From positions 1 to 42,968 of the IMG/VR virus record IMGVR_UViG_3300047163_000028: a stretch of DNA of 42,968 bases; one strand, 5' to 3'. Made by a program: the position numbers and the translations under genes. Position 1 is the first letter of the stretch, and every line of letters starts with the position of its first letter. This document shows positions 1-8,467 of the stretch, piece by piece. The notes under the pieces were generated by a model. That model made no database searches. It worked only from the letters and a program-made list of their open reading frames with translations, and was not told the origin of the DNA. The DNA is from a virus.

Positions 1-127
1 AATAGGAATGATATAGCAACATAGAAGAATGCTTTTGCAATCTTGAACCCCTGACTATGGCTAATTTTAGTGAATGAAATTGTCATTTATTTATACATCT
101 TTCTGATGGATTCTTGTCCATCTTTTA
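1..127. repeat. Terminal direct repeat, exact copy of 42842..42968 (127 bp)
   Basis: Bases 1-127 (aataggaatgatatagcaac...ttgtccatctttta) are identical to the last 127 bases of the window. A length of 127 is typical of a de Bruijn k-mer overlap on a circular contig. Confidence 0.95.
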
Positions 128-377
128 CTTCTTGTTTTTCTTTTGCTGGACTTTCTGCAGCTTCTTCAGCTGCACTTTCTTTAGATTCTCCAACATCTAT
201 ACTAGGGTACTTCTTTTTAACAGCTGCACGTACTGCAGCAGCTTCTGGCTTACCAGAACTGCGAGCTAGTGCATCTCTAGCATGAGCAGCGTCATGGATA
301 GGGTAGGCTTTTCTGGCCGGGAATACAAAGTCACTGGGTTTTAATCTTCGTCTTGCTTCGGCTGTTAGTATGCTCAT
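87..377 (-). CDS. Small conserved phage protein, DUF6582-like
   Basis: ORF track 87..407. Start moved to the ATG at 377 (MSILTAEARRRLKPSDFVFP...), which forms an ATGA stop/start overlap with the upstream endolysin gene. FPARKAYPIHDAAHARDALAR resembles the uncharacterised DUF6582 family, from memory. Confidence 0.55.
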   Translation of the reverse strand: MSILTAEARRRLKPSDFVFPARKAYPIHDAAHARDALARSSGKPEAAAVRAAVKKKYPSIDVGESKESAAEEAAESPAKEKQEVKDGQESIRKMYK

Positions 378-1108
378 TTTATTACCACACTTGATCCGGC
401 AGTCCATAGATCGCCTTGGCCATACATTTGACTATTAATTCTTACGATTCCGTTACCAAGTTCTGCAACTATAGGATAAGTTAAACCACCAAATTGGCTG
501 GGTACTAATACACCTTTGGCTTGAGCTGGGTTATAGGGGCCACCATTACGATATAAGTGCCATGGTCCAGTTGTAGGAGGTAAGTATATAGTTTTACCAG
601 TTGGTGCAGGTGGAGGAGTCACGGGTGTTGGTGCAGGGGCAGGTGCTGGTGTTGTTCCAGGAGTCAGAGGACGGTACCATCCCATACATGGCCTAAACTT
701 CCAGGCATAATGCGTAATATTAGCGAAAGAACCTTCGCTTGGGGAGTTTTGCTGAAGTAAATTATATCCGTTTGAATCCGCAGAATCACATATTCCTACA
801 TGTCCGTAAGGATTGTCAAAAGAGTTTGCGTATCCTGCGGCTGGAGTAGCATCAAATACCATAATGTCACCTTGGACCGGGACTTGATTAGGATTGTTAT
901 GGTCATTAGAAATCCATTGTAGATACTGGTTACCTTTACCAGCTAGTTCTCTTGCACCATTAACAGGAGGTATTATAGTTGTCCAGTTAACACCTGGGAA
1001 TAAGTATTCTATGTAAGCTTTGGAGTTATTAACTATTAAAGAAACACATTCACCGTCTCCGACTCGTATATCAGGTGTTAGTACACTTGTTCTAAACTGT
1101 TGGTACAT
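374..1108 (-). CDS. Endolysin: N-terminal CHAP amidase/peptidase domain, Pro/Thr/Ala linker, C-terminal SH3-like wall-binding domain
   Basis: The GDGECVSLIVN (Cys) and NPYGHVGICD (His) pair is typical of CHAP. It is followed by the linker TPGTTPAPAPAPTPVTPPPAPTG and a Gly/Trp-rich C-terminal domain. The gene lies in the lysis cassette. Confidence 0.8.
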   Translation of the reverse strand: MYQQFRTSVLTPDIRVGDGECVSLIVNNSKAYIEYLFPGVNWTTIIPPVNGARELAGKGNQYLQWISNDHNNPNQVPVQGDIMVFDATPAAGYANSFDNPYGHVGICDSADSNGYNLLQQNSPSEGSFANITHYAWKFRPCMGWYRPLTPGTTPAPAPAPTPVTPPPAPTGKTIYLPPTTGPWHLYRNGGPYNPAQAKGVLVPSQFGGLTYPIVAELGNGIVRINSQMYGQGDLWTAGSSVVIK

Positions 1109-1403
1109 TTTCTGCCTCTTGAATTTCTGGTTCAGCTAGCTGTCTTTCGCCTTGAACCTTAGCTATTGCTTCCTTTAGTAAATCTTCACTTTCAAAGTTA
1201 TGTGGGTTTATTCCCCATTTTTGAGCTTCGGCTACTACACTCTGATCAAACTTAGCCACTCTAGTGGACTTTAACTCATCTTCAAGCTTTTCCCACTCTT
1301 CACGAGCTTTATTTAAGACAGTAGCTATTCCAGCATGTCTTTCTCTAGCTGTACTTATATCAGTTTGTATTTCCTTTTCTGTTCGTTGTGTATTGTCGTT
1401 CAT
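1092..1403 (-). CDS. Hypothetical charged coiled-coil-like protein
   Basis: 103-aa ORF co-oriented in the lysis region. It overlaps the endolysin start by 17 nt. TGATATAAT lies 6 nt upstream of its ATG. Confidence 0.6.
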   Translation of the reverse strand: MNDNTQRTEKEIQTDISTARERHAGIATVLNKAREEWEKLEDELKSTRVAKFDQSVVAEAQKWGINPHNFESEDLLKEAIAKVQGERQLAEPEIQEAENVPTV

Positions 1404-1409
1404 AATAGG

Positions 1410-1418
1410 ATTATATCA
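1410..1418 (-). promoter_or_regulatory. Extended -10 box TGATATAAT, 6 nt upstream of the ATG at 1403 (leaderless-type arrangement)
   Basis: The reverse strand reads aggtaTGATATAATcctattATG. Confidence 0.4.
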
Positions 1419-1423
1419 TACCT

Positions 1424-1960
1424 CTAATTAACGATTTGAAAGGGTTGAGAGTGCCAATACACATGTACATCTCTAAGAGCATTTACATGATAGGTTATGT
1501 CGCTATATAGAACGTAGTGATCGCCAGGTGTAATTCCCGGGGGCACTTGAATTGTAACTTTAGCAATGCGACAACCTTTAGTAGCCAATCCTTGTGAGGT
1601 TTGTAGTGACACTCCGTTATTGCCTTGGACTATTTTACGATTAACAACTGGAGTAAGGGAGGTATTCTTGCAGACATCTATTTGGTAAGTTAGAGTACCT
1701 GGGCTTTTAACTACAGGAGTAATTACAGCGACTGAACGAATTACTAAAGGGTTTTGGGGCCAGAAAAAAAGATAGCAAACGTATATAAAGAGTAGTAAAA
1801 ACATTAAAGAGACAACAGCTACGAGGGCTTTTAATGGGTCAGTCTTTTTAGACTGTTTCTCTGAAATTTTAATATTAACAGCTTTATTTATTTTGTCAGC
1901 TTTTTTTCTAGCTTCAAGGGTTTTGTCTCTTATTTTTTGCAACTTAACTTCATCCATCAT
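1424..1960 (-). CDS. Membrane-anchored protein (basic N-terminus, one TM, beta-rich ectodomain)
   Basis: 178-aa ORF with TM segment LVAVVSLMFLLLFIYVCYLFFW. It has a 4-nt overlap with the upstream gene. Confidence 0.6.
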   Translation of the reverse strand: MMDEVKLQKIRDKTLEARKKADKINKAVNIKISEKQSKKTDPLKALVAVVSLMFLLLFIYVCYLFFWPQNPLVIRSVAVITPVVKSPGTLTYQIDVCKNTSLTPVVNRKIVQGNNGVSLQTSQGLATKGCRIAKVTIQVPPGITPGDHYVLYSDITYHVNALRDVHVYWHSQPFQIVN

Positions 1961-2214
1961 TTACCACCGCCTTTGGTTATTAAGTAACCGCCAACGATTA
2001 TTATAACACCACCGAACACTGCATAAATACCGTAGATAGCTCTAGTTAGTCCATTCACCTTATCATTAGTAGCGTAGTCAGTCTCAAGCGACTTCTCAAT
2101 AGTAGCCAGTTTTTCTAACATGAAACCGATATTAGTGTCGATGATAGCTATCTGAGTTTCCAGACTGTCGCCTCTGGATGAACTCATCCTTTGTTGTTTT
2201 TTTTGTACTGGCAT
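1957..2214 (-). CDS. XhlA-like small membrane protein (coiled-coil N-terminus, C-terminal TM)
   Basis: 85 aa with a C-terminal TM (AIYGIYAVFGGVIIIVGGYLI) and a position between the tail fibre and lysis genes. This matches the XhlA architecture. Call made from memory. Confidence 0.45.
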   Translation of the reverse strand: MPVQKKQQRMSSSRGDSLETQIAIIDTNIGFMLEKLATIEKSLETDYATNDKVNGLTRAIYGIYAVFGGVIIIVGGYLITKGGGK

Positions 2215-2218
2215 AACA

Positions 2219-3772
2219 CTAAATATATGAACTTTCAGCCCTTACTATTGTGTACGCATTAGAGTCATCACCGTAACCCCTAAAACCTGCACCTGTTGAA
2301 CCAGACGGTTGTACTATGGCATAGTAAAAGGATTGGCTAGAAACACTAATTCTTTTCTGGATATTCAAAGTTACTAATCGAGCAACAGACGAGTTAAAGT
2401 AAAATCTTTGCGCAAGATCCGCATCACTCACCGCATTGTTTGTTTGAGAAAGACCCCAGTAGCCATCTGTACCTGTGGCTACAATCGCTAACTGACCTCG
2501 TAAATTCCAAGGTCCCGTAGGAACTGAAATAGCTATTGAACCCTGATTTACCCATGAACTCCCAGACGCACTGGCAGTAGAGCCAGTACCAAACGAATAT
2601 TTAACTTCCCAGTTAGCAGCATCAGGGTTGAAGCCAAACGGGACTTTCTCGGTAGAGTAGAACGGATTAGTGAGAGTTTGGTTGGGGATAGTATTGCTGT
2701 TGCCACTATAAATCTTGATCGTAGTAGTAGGATTTACGTAACTTACACTAGTAATAATTCCAAGTTCTATTGCATTATAAGGATTAGCTGCCTGAGTGTT
2801 AAGAGCTCCACCACTAGCGGTCAGGGTGTTAGCGTTAGAAGTAGCGTCCGTCCATACACCATTAAATTGGTAGAGAGCAACTAAATTAGTTTCCGTACCC
2901 ACCAAATTAATTGCCATGTTGGATTGAATTGCTGATTGAGTTTGAGCAACTGACCATACTCTTACCTCTGACATATAACCGTTGAAATAAGTATTAGTTG
3001 GTGTGGCAGCGGCGGCTCCTATCCTTAAATCTACAGAAGCTTGGGTAAGAGAAGTTGCAGCCGATAATGGAGAATGAGTTGCTACAGCAACTCCATTCAG
3101 ATAGATCTGTCCAGTTTTACTGCTGGTTGAACTAACTACTCCAGCTATGTGTGTCCAGCGATTCAATTGGACCATTTCACTAGATGAAAAATTAGTGAAA
3201 CTTGAGCCAGTTGCATATTCTATCATCACGGTACCATCGGACTGAACCCTGAAATCCCAACCTCCACTCGTACCTGCAGCATCTGACCTGTTGATAACCC
3301 AGCCGCCGGTGGCGGTGCCATAACTTAAAGGAAAGACCCAAGATTCGCATGTAAAGGCTCCAGTAAATGTTATACCTGCTGGCGAAGCATGTGTGGCATA
3401 TTGTGAAGAAGCAGAAGCGAAAGAAGCCGCTTGGGTTGGTGGAACCGTTCCACGAGTAACTTTAAGCCGCATACCATTGGAAAGAACAGAAGTTAAATCA
3501 GCAGCAGCTGTTACAGTAAATTCTTTATTACCATTATTAGCACCATAAGTTAATGCATTAGAAATTGCGTTCCAGCCGCTATTAGCGGTAGCTGCAAAAG
3601 CAGTTTGAGGAAGTGAACCGGCCACTATCTTAGAACCATTCATGCTGGCTATGTTTGCATCATCTAAACTACCATTTAAAACAGCTAGAATAGCGTTGAT
3701 TGGATTATCTATGTCTTCAGCTAATGCTGTATTGCCGTCGCTTGGAAGTGTAACTGTTACTATGGGAGCCAT
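2219..3772 (-). CDS. Tail fibre / receptor-binding protein with a LamG (concanavalin A-like lectin) domain
   Basis: Central segment FTCESWVFP...WDFRVQSDGTV...NRWTHIAGVV...IYLNGV...FNGYMSEVRVWS matches the Laminin_G_3-type pattern. It is the last large gene before lysis. Confidence 0.65.
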   Translation of the reverse strand: MAPIVTVTLPSDGNTALAEDIDNPINAILAVLNGSLDDANIASMNGSKIVAGSLPQTAFAATANSGWNAISNALTYGANNGNKEFTVTAAADLTSVLSNGMRLKVTRGTVPPTQAASFASASSQYATHASPAGITFTGAFTCESWVFPLSYGTATGGWVINRSDAAGTSGGWDFRVQSDGTVMIEYATGSSFTNFSSSEMVQLNRWTHIAGVVSSTSSKTGQIYLNGVAVATHSPLSAATSLTQASVDLRIGAAAATPTNTYFNGYMSEVRVWSVAQTQSAIQSNMAINLVGTETNLVALYQFNGVWTDATSNANTLTASGGALNTQAANPYNAIELGIITSVSYVNPTTTIKIYSGNSNTIPNQTLTNPFYSTEKVPFGFNPDAANWEVKYSFGTGSTASASGSSWVNQGSIAISVPTGPWNLRGQLAIVATGTDGYWGLSQTNNAVSDADLAQRFYFNSSVARLVTLNIQKRISVSSQSFYYAIVQPSGSTGAGFRGYGDDSNAYTIVRAESSYI

Positions 3773-3795
3773 TTTTGTTTCCTTTTACAACTTTA

Positions 3796-3804
3796 ATTGT
3801 ATCA
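3796..3804 (-). promoter_or_regulatory. Extended -10-like box TGATACAAT upstream of 3772
   Basis: The reverse strand reads agTGATACAATtaaagttgtaaaaggaaacaaaaatATG, directly after the stop of the 1158-aa gene. Confidence 0.35.
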
Positions 3805-6800
3805 CTACTGAGTTGGATTGTTCAACGCATTGTCGATTCGAGCATTGTTAATACGAGTTTGTAATGAATTACCGCTTAACGGTATTTTTAAACTCGTCCA
3901 TTTCTGATCCCAGGCATACTTAGAATGTTGGCCAAAATTGTCTGGGTAATTTTTAGGAACTGCGTCAACTTTTAGATTCCATTCATGTGCAACCCTACCA
4001 GCTTTATTATATTGTCCATTTGCTACTAATGCTTGAACTTGTTTTTTAATAAGACTACTTTGTTTAAGCTGAGGATTGAATGTGTTATATAGTCTACTCA
4101 CCACTGCTGTTTGTTGACCTTCTGGGGAATTAGGGTTATTTTTAATCTTTAGACCAGCAATATTTCCTATAGCTGTAGCTGTATTTTGAGCGCCAGATAA
4201 TGTTTTGCCAGTCTGAACTAATGGAATAGGAGCGACTTCACCGGCTATATTAGCTGCCACTTTTTTACCTGATTGGGGATTACCTTGCTTATCATTGCCA
4301 TATATAGGATTGCCATAGAAATCTTTGTTAGCAACTCCTTGGTTTACTAAACTTGGAACAGCGGCTAATCTAGCTGTGGCGTAATCCGATACCGCAGTTT
4401 TAACACCCGATTCTTTAGCATTAGCCCCTAGACCTGTAATAGCTGGGGCAATTAATTTACCAAACTCAGATATATAGGTTGCAGGAAGTTCTGCTATTTG
4501 AGGTGTGCCATTAGGACTTGACTTAGAAGGGGCACCACGACTACTTAATGGCACACCAGGGCTTAATATCTGTTGCAAAAATGCACTTCCAACTGCGTGT
4601 GGATCTTTAAGATTCAGTTTGCCGCTAGAAGCTAGCGCTATCATACCTGGCATTGCAAATACCAAACTTTTGCCTATAACAAGTTGTCTAGCTAATCTAG
4701 CCTCTGGACCTTGTTTGGTTAGATTTAGGGCGTTTCCAAGAGTTCTTATCTTACCTTCAGTAAAATCAGTAGCTAGTACAACTCTAGAGAGCTTCTGAGC
4801 AGTTTTAGGTGGTAATCCGTCTACTAATCTATTTATACCTCCAAGATTGTTCACACCCTTCGCAATGCTACGTCCATAAGCTAATTGTTCAGGTGTAGGA
4901 TTGTGGAAATCCATACCTGGGAATTTAGATTCAAGCTTTTGTTTAGTAATCATTAACTTGACATTAGGAATCTGACGTTTAAATACTAGGTCGTGAACAG
5001 CTCGGATTGGGTTAAGAGAAGAGTTTTTAGCCTTGTCCAAAGTATTTAAATTAGCATCTCCCAGAATCTCTTTTGGTGACAAGGTAACACCAGTTTTACG
5101 ACTGAAGTCTAAGACCCCTGTCCTAGCATGATCTGCCAATACTGCATCATTAACTTTTTTACTGCCAGTGGCTGCAATAGTCTTTAGATTATTCGCTAAA
5201 GTTTCAATTGGATGAGCGTAAGTCCTAGGGTTCATTATTTGTTGGCCAGCCGCACTGCCAGCAGTTGTCAGAGAGTGGAAGAATCCACCTCCAAGTTTGG
5301 CATACTTAAGTCCACGGTTAGCTGCGTCGTAAGCTTTGGTCACTCCTTGAGATTCTTCAGCTGGAGCGTGTTTATTATATCCTTCTTCTAAGCCATCAGT
5401 CAGTGATATACCACGACCACCAGCTATTTTAAGATTGCCCAGACTATTACCTTTAGCGTCAATGCCAGCATGTATAACTTGACCAGGATGGGCTTCTGCA
5501 AGCCCTTTAGCGAGTGCAGCACTACCATGCTGATTAGAGGCTCGATCAATAGCTGAGTGCATATCATCTAAAATGCTAGGATTAGTTCTCACATAATGTT
5601 CGCCATTTGGCCCAACCCATGCATCTCTCTGGGCTAAGTTGTTAAAGACACGCTGATAGGCATATTTAGGCTTACCATTCTTAATGGCATATTGTTTCAT
5701 TTCAGGATTTTTACCTGCTTCTACAGGTTTACCGTTCTTGTCCACTAAAGTAGACTCATGTGGCAGATAATTTTGTCTCTCACCTAAATCTTCTTGACCT
5801 GGAATTGAACGAGCTGTAGCTAAATGAGTCTTGGTGAAATCTTGCCAAGCCTTAACGGTATTCCTAAACTGTTGTGGATTATCTGCAGTTTGGGCGATTC
5901 GCTCAACTCTAGCAGCTGCAGCTTTAGGACTTATAGCAGTTTCTCCAGGTGATTCAATGCCTTCCAATAATTTAGCGTCCCTAGCACTCATATCTTTAGA
6001 AACTGCCGCCAATGGAGCGTGGAAATCCTGATATTTTTGAGCTACAAAGTTTCGATTTAATATAGCCTGGGTCTTATTACCTTCTGGGACCGTAGGTGCC
6101 TGATCTATTAACGATTTAGTCTGAATGGGGAGATCTTTATTGGCAATGGGTACTTCATTTAAACCCATTTCTTTAGCAGCTTGTAGGCGGTGAGCACCGT
6201 CTTGAACGAAGGTTTGGCCACTGACATTATTGGTAACGAGGGGTTCAATTGGTTTACCGGCAGCAATGTCAGCCTTATACTTTTCTACTTGGTTTCGGTC
6301 TAATGGCATACCGGTAATACTATCTCGCCCACCTTTAAGCTTATTGACGGGTGCAGTAGTGGCTGTAGGCTCAACCGGAGTGTCTCCCTTTATTTTATTT
6401 ATAACTTCTCCAGCTACCTTACCGGCAACTTTTCCTGCCAGCTCTCCGCCCACTCCAAATAAATAACCTGCTCCAGCAGCATTGGCTACCGCTTTGGGGT
6501 TAGGGTTACTAGGATTATCTTGAACTGTAGTAGCTGCATTATAAGCAGCAGCAGATTTAGCTGTGCTGCCTGTGACTGCATTTTTAACCGCTCCCACTAC
6601 TTTACTAACAATAGGAGTTTTAGCAGTATCGCTAATTGCACTTTCCACCGCATCCTTAGCAGCTGATCCCCCAGACGCTAAAGATAATGTTCCTGCAACT
6701 TCTGAACCGACCCGATTAACATTAGTGTCTTGAGTCTTCTGTATTTGTTGCTGTTGTTGTTTAACGTGAGCGTTGATTTGAGACTGAAACGCACCCTTAG

Positions 6801-7281
6801 CTACTAATTGATTGACAGTATTTTTAACATTAGTTTGATCGCTAGCAGTTGGGATTGACTTGATAGTTTTATCTACTATAGGAGTGATTTTACCGCTTTT
6901 TAAGTTCTGATTATATTGATTATTGGATTGGTTAGCTTGTGGAGAGCCATGAATAACTTGAGACACCAACGCACCAGGACTATGAACAATCTCACTGCCT
7001 AATTGCTTAACCTGTTTAATTGGACCATTATTAATATCTTTGGCTAAACCTTCGACAGGCTGTGCGACAGTATTAACCACATCCATAGTGGCATTCCTAA
7101 TGTGGCCCAATAAACCTGGTTTCTGAGGAGCAACTTTAGCAACTTTAGCTTGCTGTGATTGCGGCTGTGGCCGTTGTTGAGGTGCTGGAATATTAACAGG
7201 AGCCACAAAACTCCTAGAACCCCTGCTTACACTGGGGGAAGGTGATGATGATGAACTCCCTGGAGCAGTAAACGTCTGCAT
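3805..7281 (-). CDS. Giant virion-module protein with a Q/A/S/N-rich disordered N-terminus and a ParB/Srx-like domain (polyvalent or internal-virion protein candidate)
   Basis: 1158-aa ORF. Residues about 318-385 (nt 6127..6330), KPIEPLVTNNVSGQTFVQDGAHRLQAAKEMGLNEVPI, resemble the ParB N-terminal/Srx fold. I recognised no tape-measure-like features. Confidence 0.6.
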   Translation of the reverse strand: MQTFTAPGSSSSSPSPSVSRGSRSFVAPVNIPAPQQRPQPQSQQAKVAKVAPQKPGLLGHIRNATMDVVNTVAQPVEGLAKDINNGPIKQVKQLGSEIVHSPGALVSQVIHGSPQANQSNNQYNQNLKSGKITPIVDKTIKSIPTASDQTNVKNTVNQLVAKGAFQSQINAHVKQQQQQIQKTQDTNVNRVGSEVAGTLSLASGGSAAKDAVESAISDTAKTPIVSKVVGAVKNAVTGSTAKSAAAYNAATTVQDNPSNPNPKAVANAAGAGYLFGVGGELAGKVAGKVAGEVINKIKGDTPVEPTATTAPVNKLKGGRDSITGMPLDRNQVEKYKADIAAGKPIEPLVTNNVSGQTFVQDGAHRLQAAKEMGLNEVPIANKDLPIQTKSLIDQAPTVPEGNKTQAILNRNFVAQKYQDFHAPLAAVSKDMSARDAKLLEGIESPGETAISPKAAAARVERIAQTADNPQQFRNTVKAWQDFTKTHLATARSIPGQEDLGERQNYLPHESTLVDKNGKPVEAGKNPEMKQYAIKNGKPKYAYQRVFNNLAQRDAWVGPNGEHYVRTNPSILDDMHSAIDRASNQHGSAALAKGLAEAHPGQVIHAGIDAKGNSLGNLKIAGGRGISLTDGLEEGYNKHAPAEESQGVTKAYDAANRGLKYAKLGGGFFHSLTTAGSAAGQQIMNPRTYAHPIETLANNLKTIAATGSKKVNDAVLADHARTGVLDFSRKTGVTLSPKEILGDANLNTLDKAKNSSLNPIRAVHDLVFKRQIPNVKLMITKQKLESKFPGMDFHNPTPEQLAYGRSIAKGVNNLGGINRLVDGLPPKTAQKLSRVVLATDFTEGKIRTLGNALNLTKQGPEARLARQLVIGKSLVFAMPGMIALASSGKLNLKDPHAVGSAFLQQILSPGVPLSSRGAPSKSSPNGTPQIAELPATYISEFGKLIAPAITGLGANAKESGVKTAVSDYATARLAAVPSLVNQGVANKDFYGNPIYGNDKQGNPQSGKKVAANIAGEVAPIPLVQTGKTLSGAQNTATAIGNIAGLKIKNNPNSPEGQQTAVVSRLYNTFNPQLKQSSLIKKQVQALVANGQYNKAGRVAHEWNLKVDAVPKNYPDNFGQHSKYAWDQKWTSLKIPLSGNSLQTRINNARIDNALNNPTQ

Positions 7282-7291
7282 ACATTACTCC

Positions 7292-8023
7292 TTAATACAT
7301 TACTGGTGCGGCTTTACCCACGTAGTCTTGTGCATGCGTTTGATTAATATAATTACTGAACATTGAGTTAAACGTAGAAGCAGATCCACCACCATTAACC
7401 CAAGAGTTTCTAGCAGCATTAAATGTAGCCGGTGATACTTTACCATCTTTGCCGGTTAACCCTTTAAGATAATTATTGGCTCCCGTTTGAGCTGCAGCTG
7501 CAGCTTCAGCAGCTGTTGGTCCCTTAGATGCGGCAGCGGCTCGATTAAGAGCACCTTCACTAGCGGTAGCAGCTATTGATTCCTGCTGTCGCCTCTCAGC
7601 AGCAGCTTCTGAAGCTAGGTTCTGATTATATGTATCAAGAGCAGATTGCTCAGTCTTTTGTTCATTGAGAGCGTTTGTATTAGCTGTAGAGTTAAGATTG
7701 GCTTTACTGGTATTAAGACTGTCTCTAGTGGCAGCTATAGTTTGCTGTAACTTAGCTAGAGCTGGTAAATAAGTAGCACCCGTATAAGAAGCTTCTTGGC
7801 TAGGAGAAAACCCAGAAAAATACATTCCTTTGTTATTGGCTGTTTGCTCAATATTACCGAAAGCATTAGTTTTAGCCTGATCTAAGCCAGATACTTGAGC
7901 TGAACCTGATGATTCATTATTAGCAATCTGGGTATCCAGTTGCTGTTGTTGGGGTGCTTGAGCAGCACTAAATTGTGCAACTAAGTTTTGGAGTGATTGT
8001 ACTGCTGGCGCTGAAGGGGGCAT
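7292..8023 (-). CDS. Hypothetical Q/A/N-rich virion-module protein
   Basis: 243-aa ORF, co-oriented, low-complexity coiled-coil-like composition. Confidence 0.6.
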   Translation of the reverse strand: MPPSAPAVQSLQNLVAQFSAAQAPQQQQLDTQIANNESSGSAQVSGLDQAKTNAFGNIEQTANNKGMYFSGFSPSQEASYTGATYLPALAKLQQTIAATRDSLNTSKANLNSTANTNALNEQKTEQSALDTYNQNLASEAAAERRQQESIAATASEGALNRAAAASKGPTAAEAAAAAQTGANNYLKGLTGKDGKVSPATFNAARNSWVNGGGSASTFNSMFSNYINQTHAQDYVGKAAPVMY

Positions 8024-8050
8024 TTTTTGTTATTTTCCTTTACATTTTTT

Positions 8051-8059
8051 ATTATATCA
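8051..8059 (-). promoter_or_regulatory. Extended -10 box TGATATAAT upstream of 8023
   Basis: The reverse strand reads aaaaTGATATAATaaaaaatgtaaaggaaaataacaaaaaATG. Confidence 0.45.
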
Positions 8060-8062
8060 TTT

Positions 8063-8467
8063 TTAGAACGGATAACTATATAAGTGGCCAGAAAAAGTAA
8101 AAGTGATACTAGGTAGTGTTATTGAAGCACTACTTAAATTGTTGACAAAAGTAATATTAATTTTGCGTCCTGCTGAATCTGATTGCATATTAAAAATGAT
8201 AAAGTAACCTACTTTGCCTTCATATAAACTAGCTGTTCCATTTAAAGGAAACCACTTAGCAGAACTAAAATTAGTTCCTGCTACATTAATTTTTAATAGA
8301 CTTAATACGTCGTTTCTAGCAAAAGGAATAATTACTGAAGTTCGCAAAACGGAATTAGCTGGACCAGGAAGTGTACCAGTAAAATTATAAACTACAGGTG
8401 TAATAGCCCCCAAATCCTGCAAACCTGGCATAAAAGAAGCAGCTTGGACTTTATTCATATCAATCAT
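8063..8467 (-). CDS. Hypothetical tail-module protein
   Basis: 134-aa ORF with a 4-nt overlap with the upstream gene. Confidence 0.6.
   Translation of the reverse strand: MIDMNKVQAASFMPGLQDLGAITPVVYNFTGTLPGPANSVLRTSVIIPFARNDVLSLLKINVAGTNFSSAKWFPLNGTASLYEGKVGYFIIFNMQSDSAGRKINITFVNNLSSASITLPSITFTFSGHLYSYPF

Noticed and set aside
1-127. Interpreting the 127-bp duplication as a biological direct terminal repeat
   Set aside because: It cannot be excluded. However, the exact length of 127 nt, with breakpoints inside one gene and no terminase-site features at the borders, fits an assembly overlap better. It is reported as a closure signal only.
70-285. Forward ORF of 71 aa across the junction repeat
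   Set aside because: It is antisense to the better-supported reverse gene 87..377, has low-complexity Ser/Ala-rich composition, and has no RBS.
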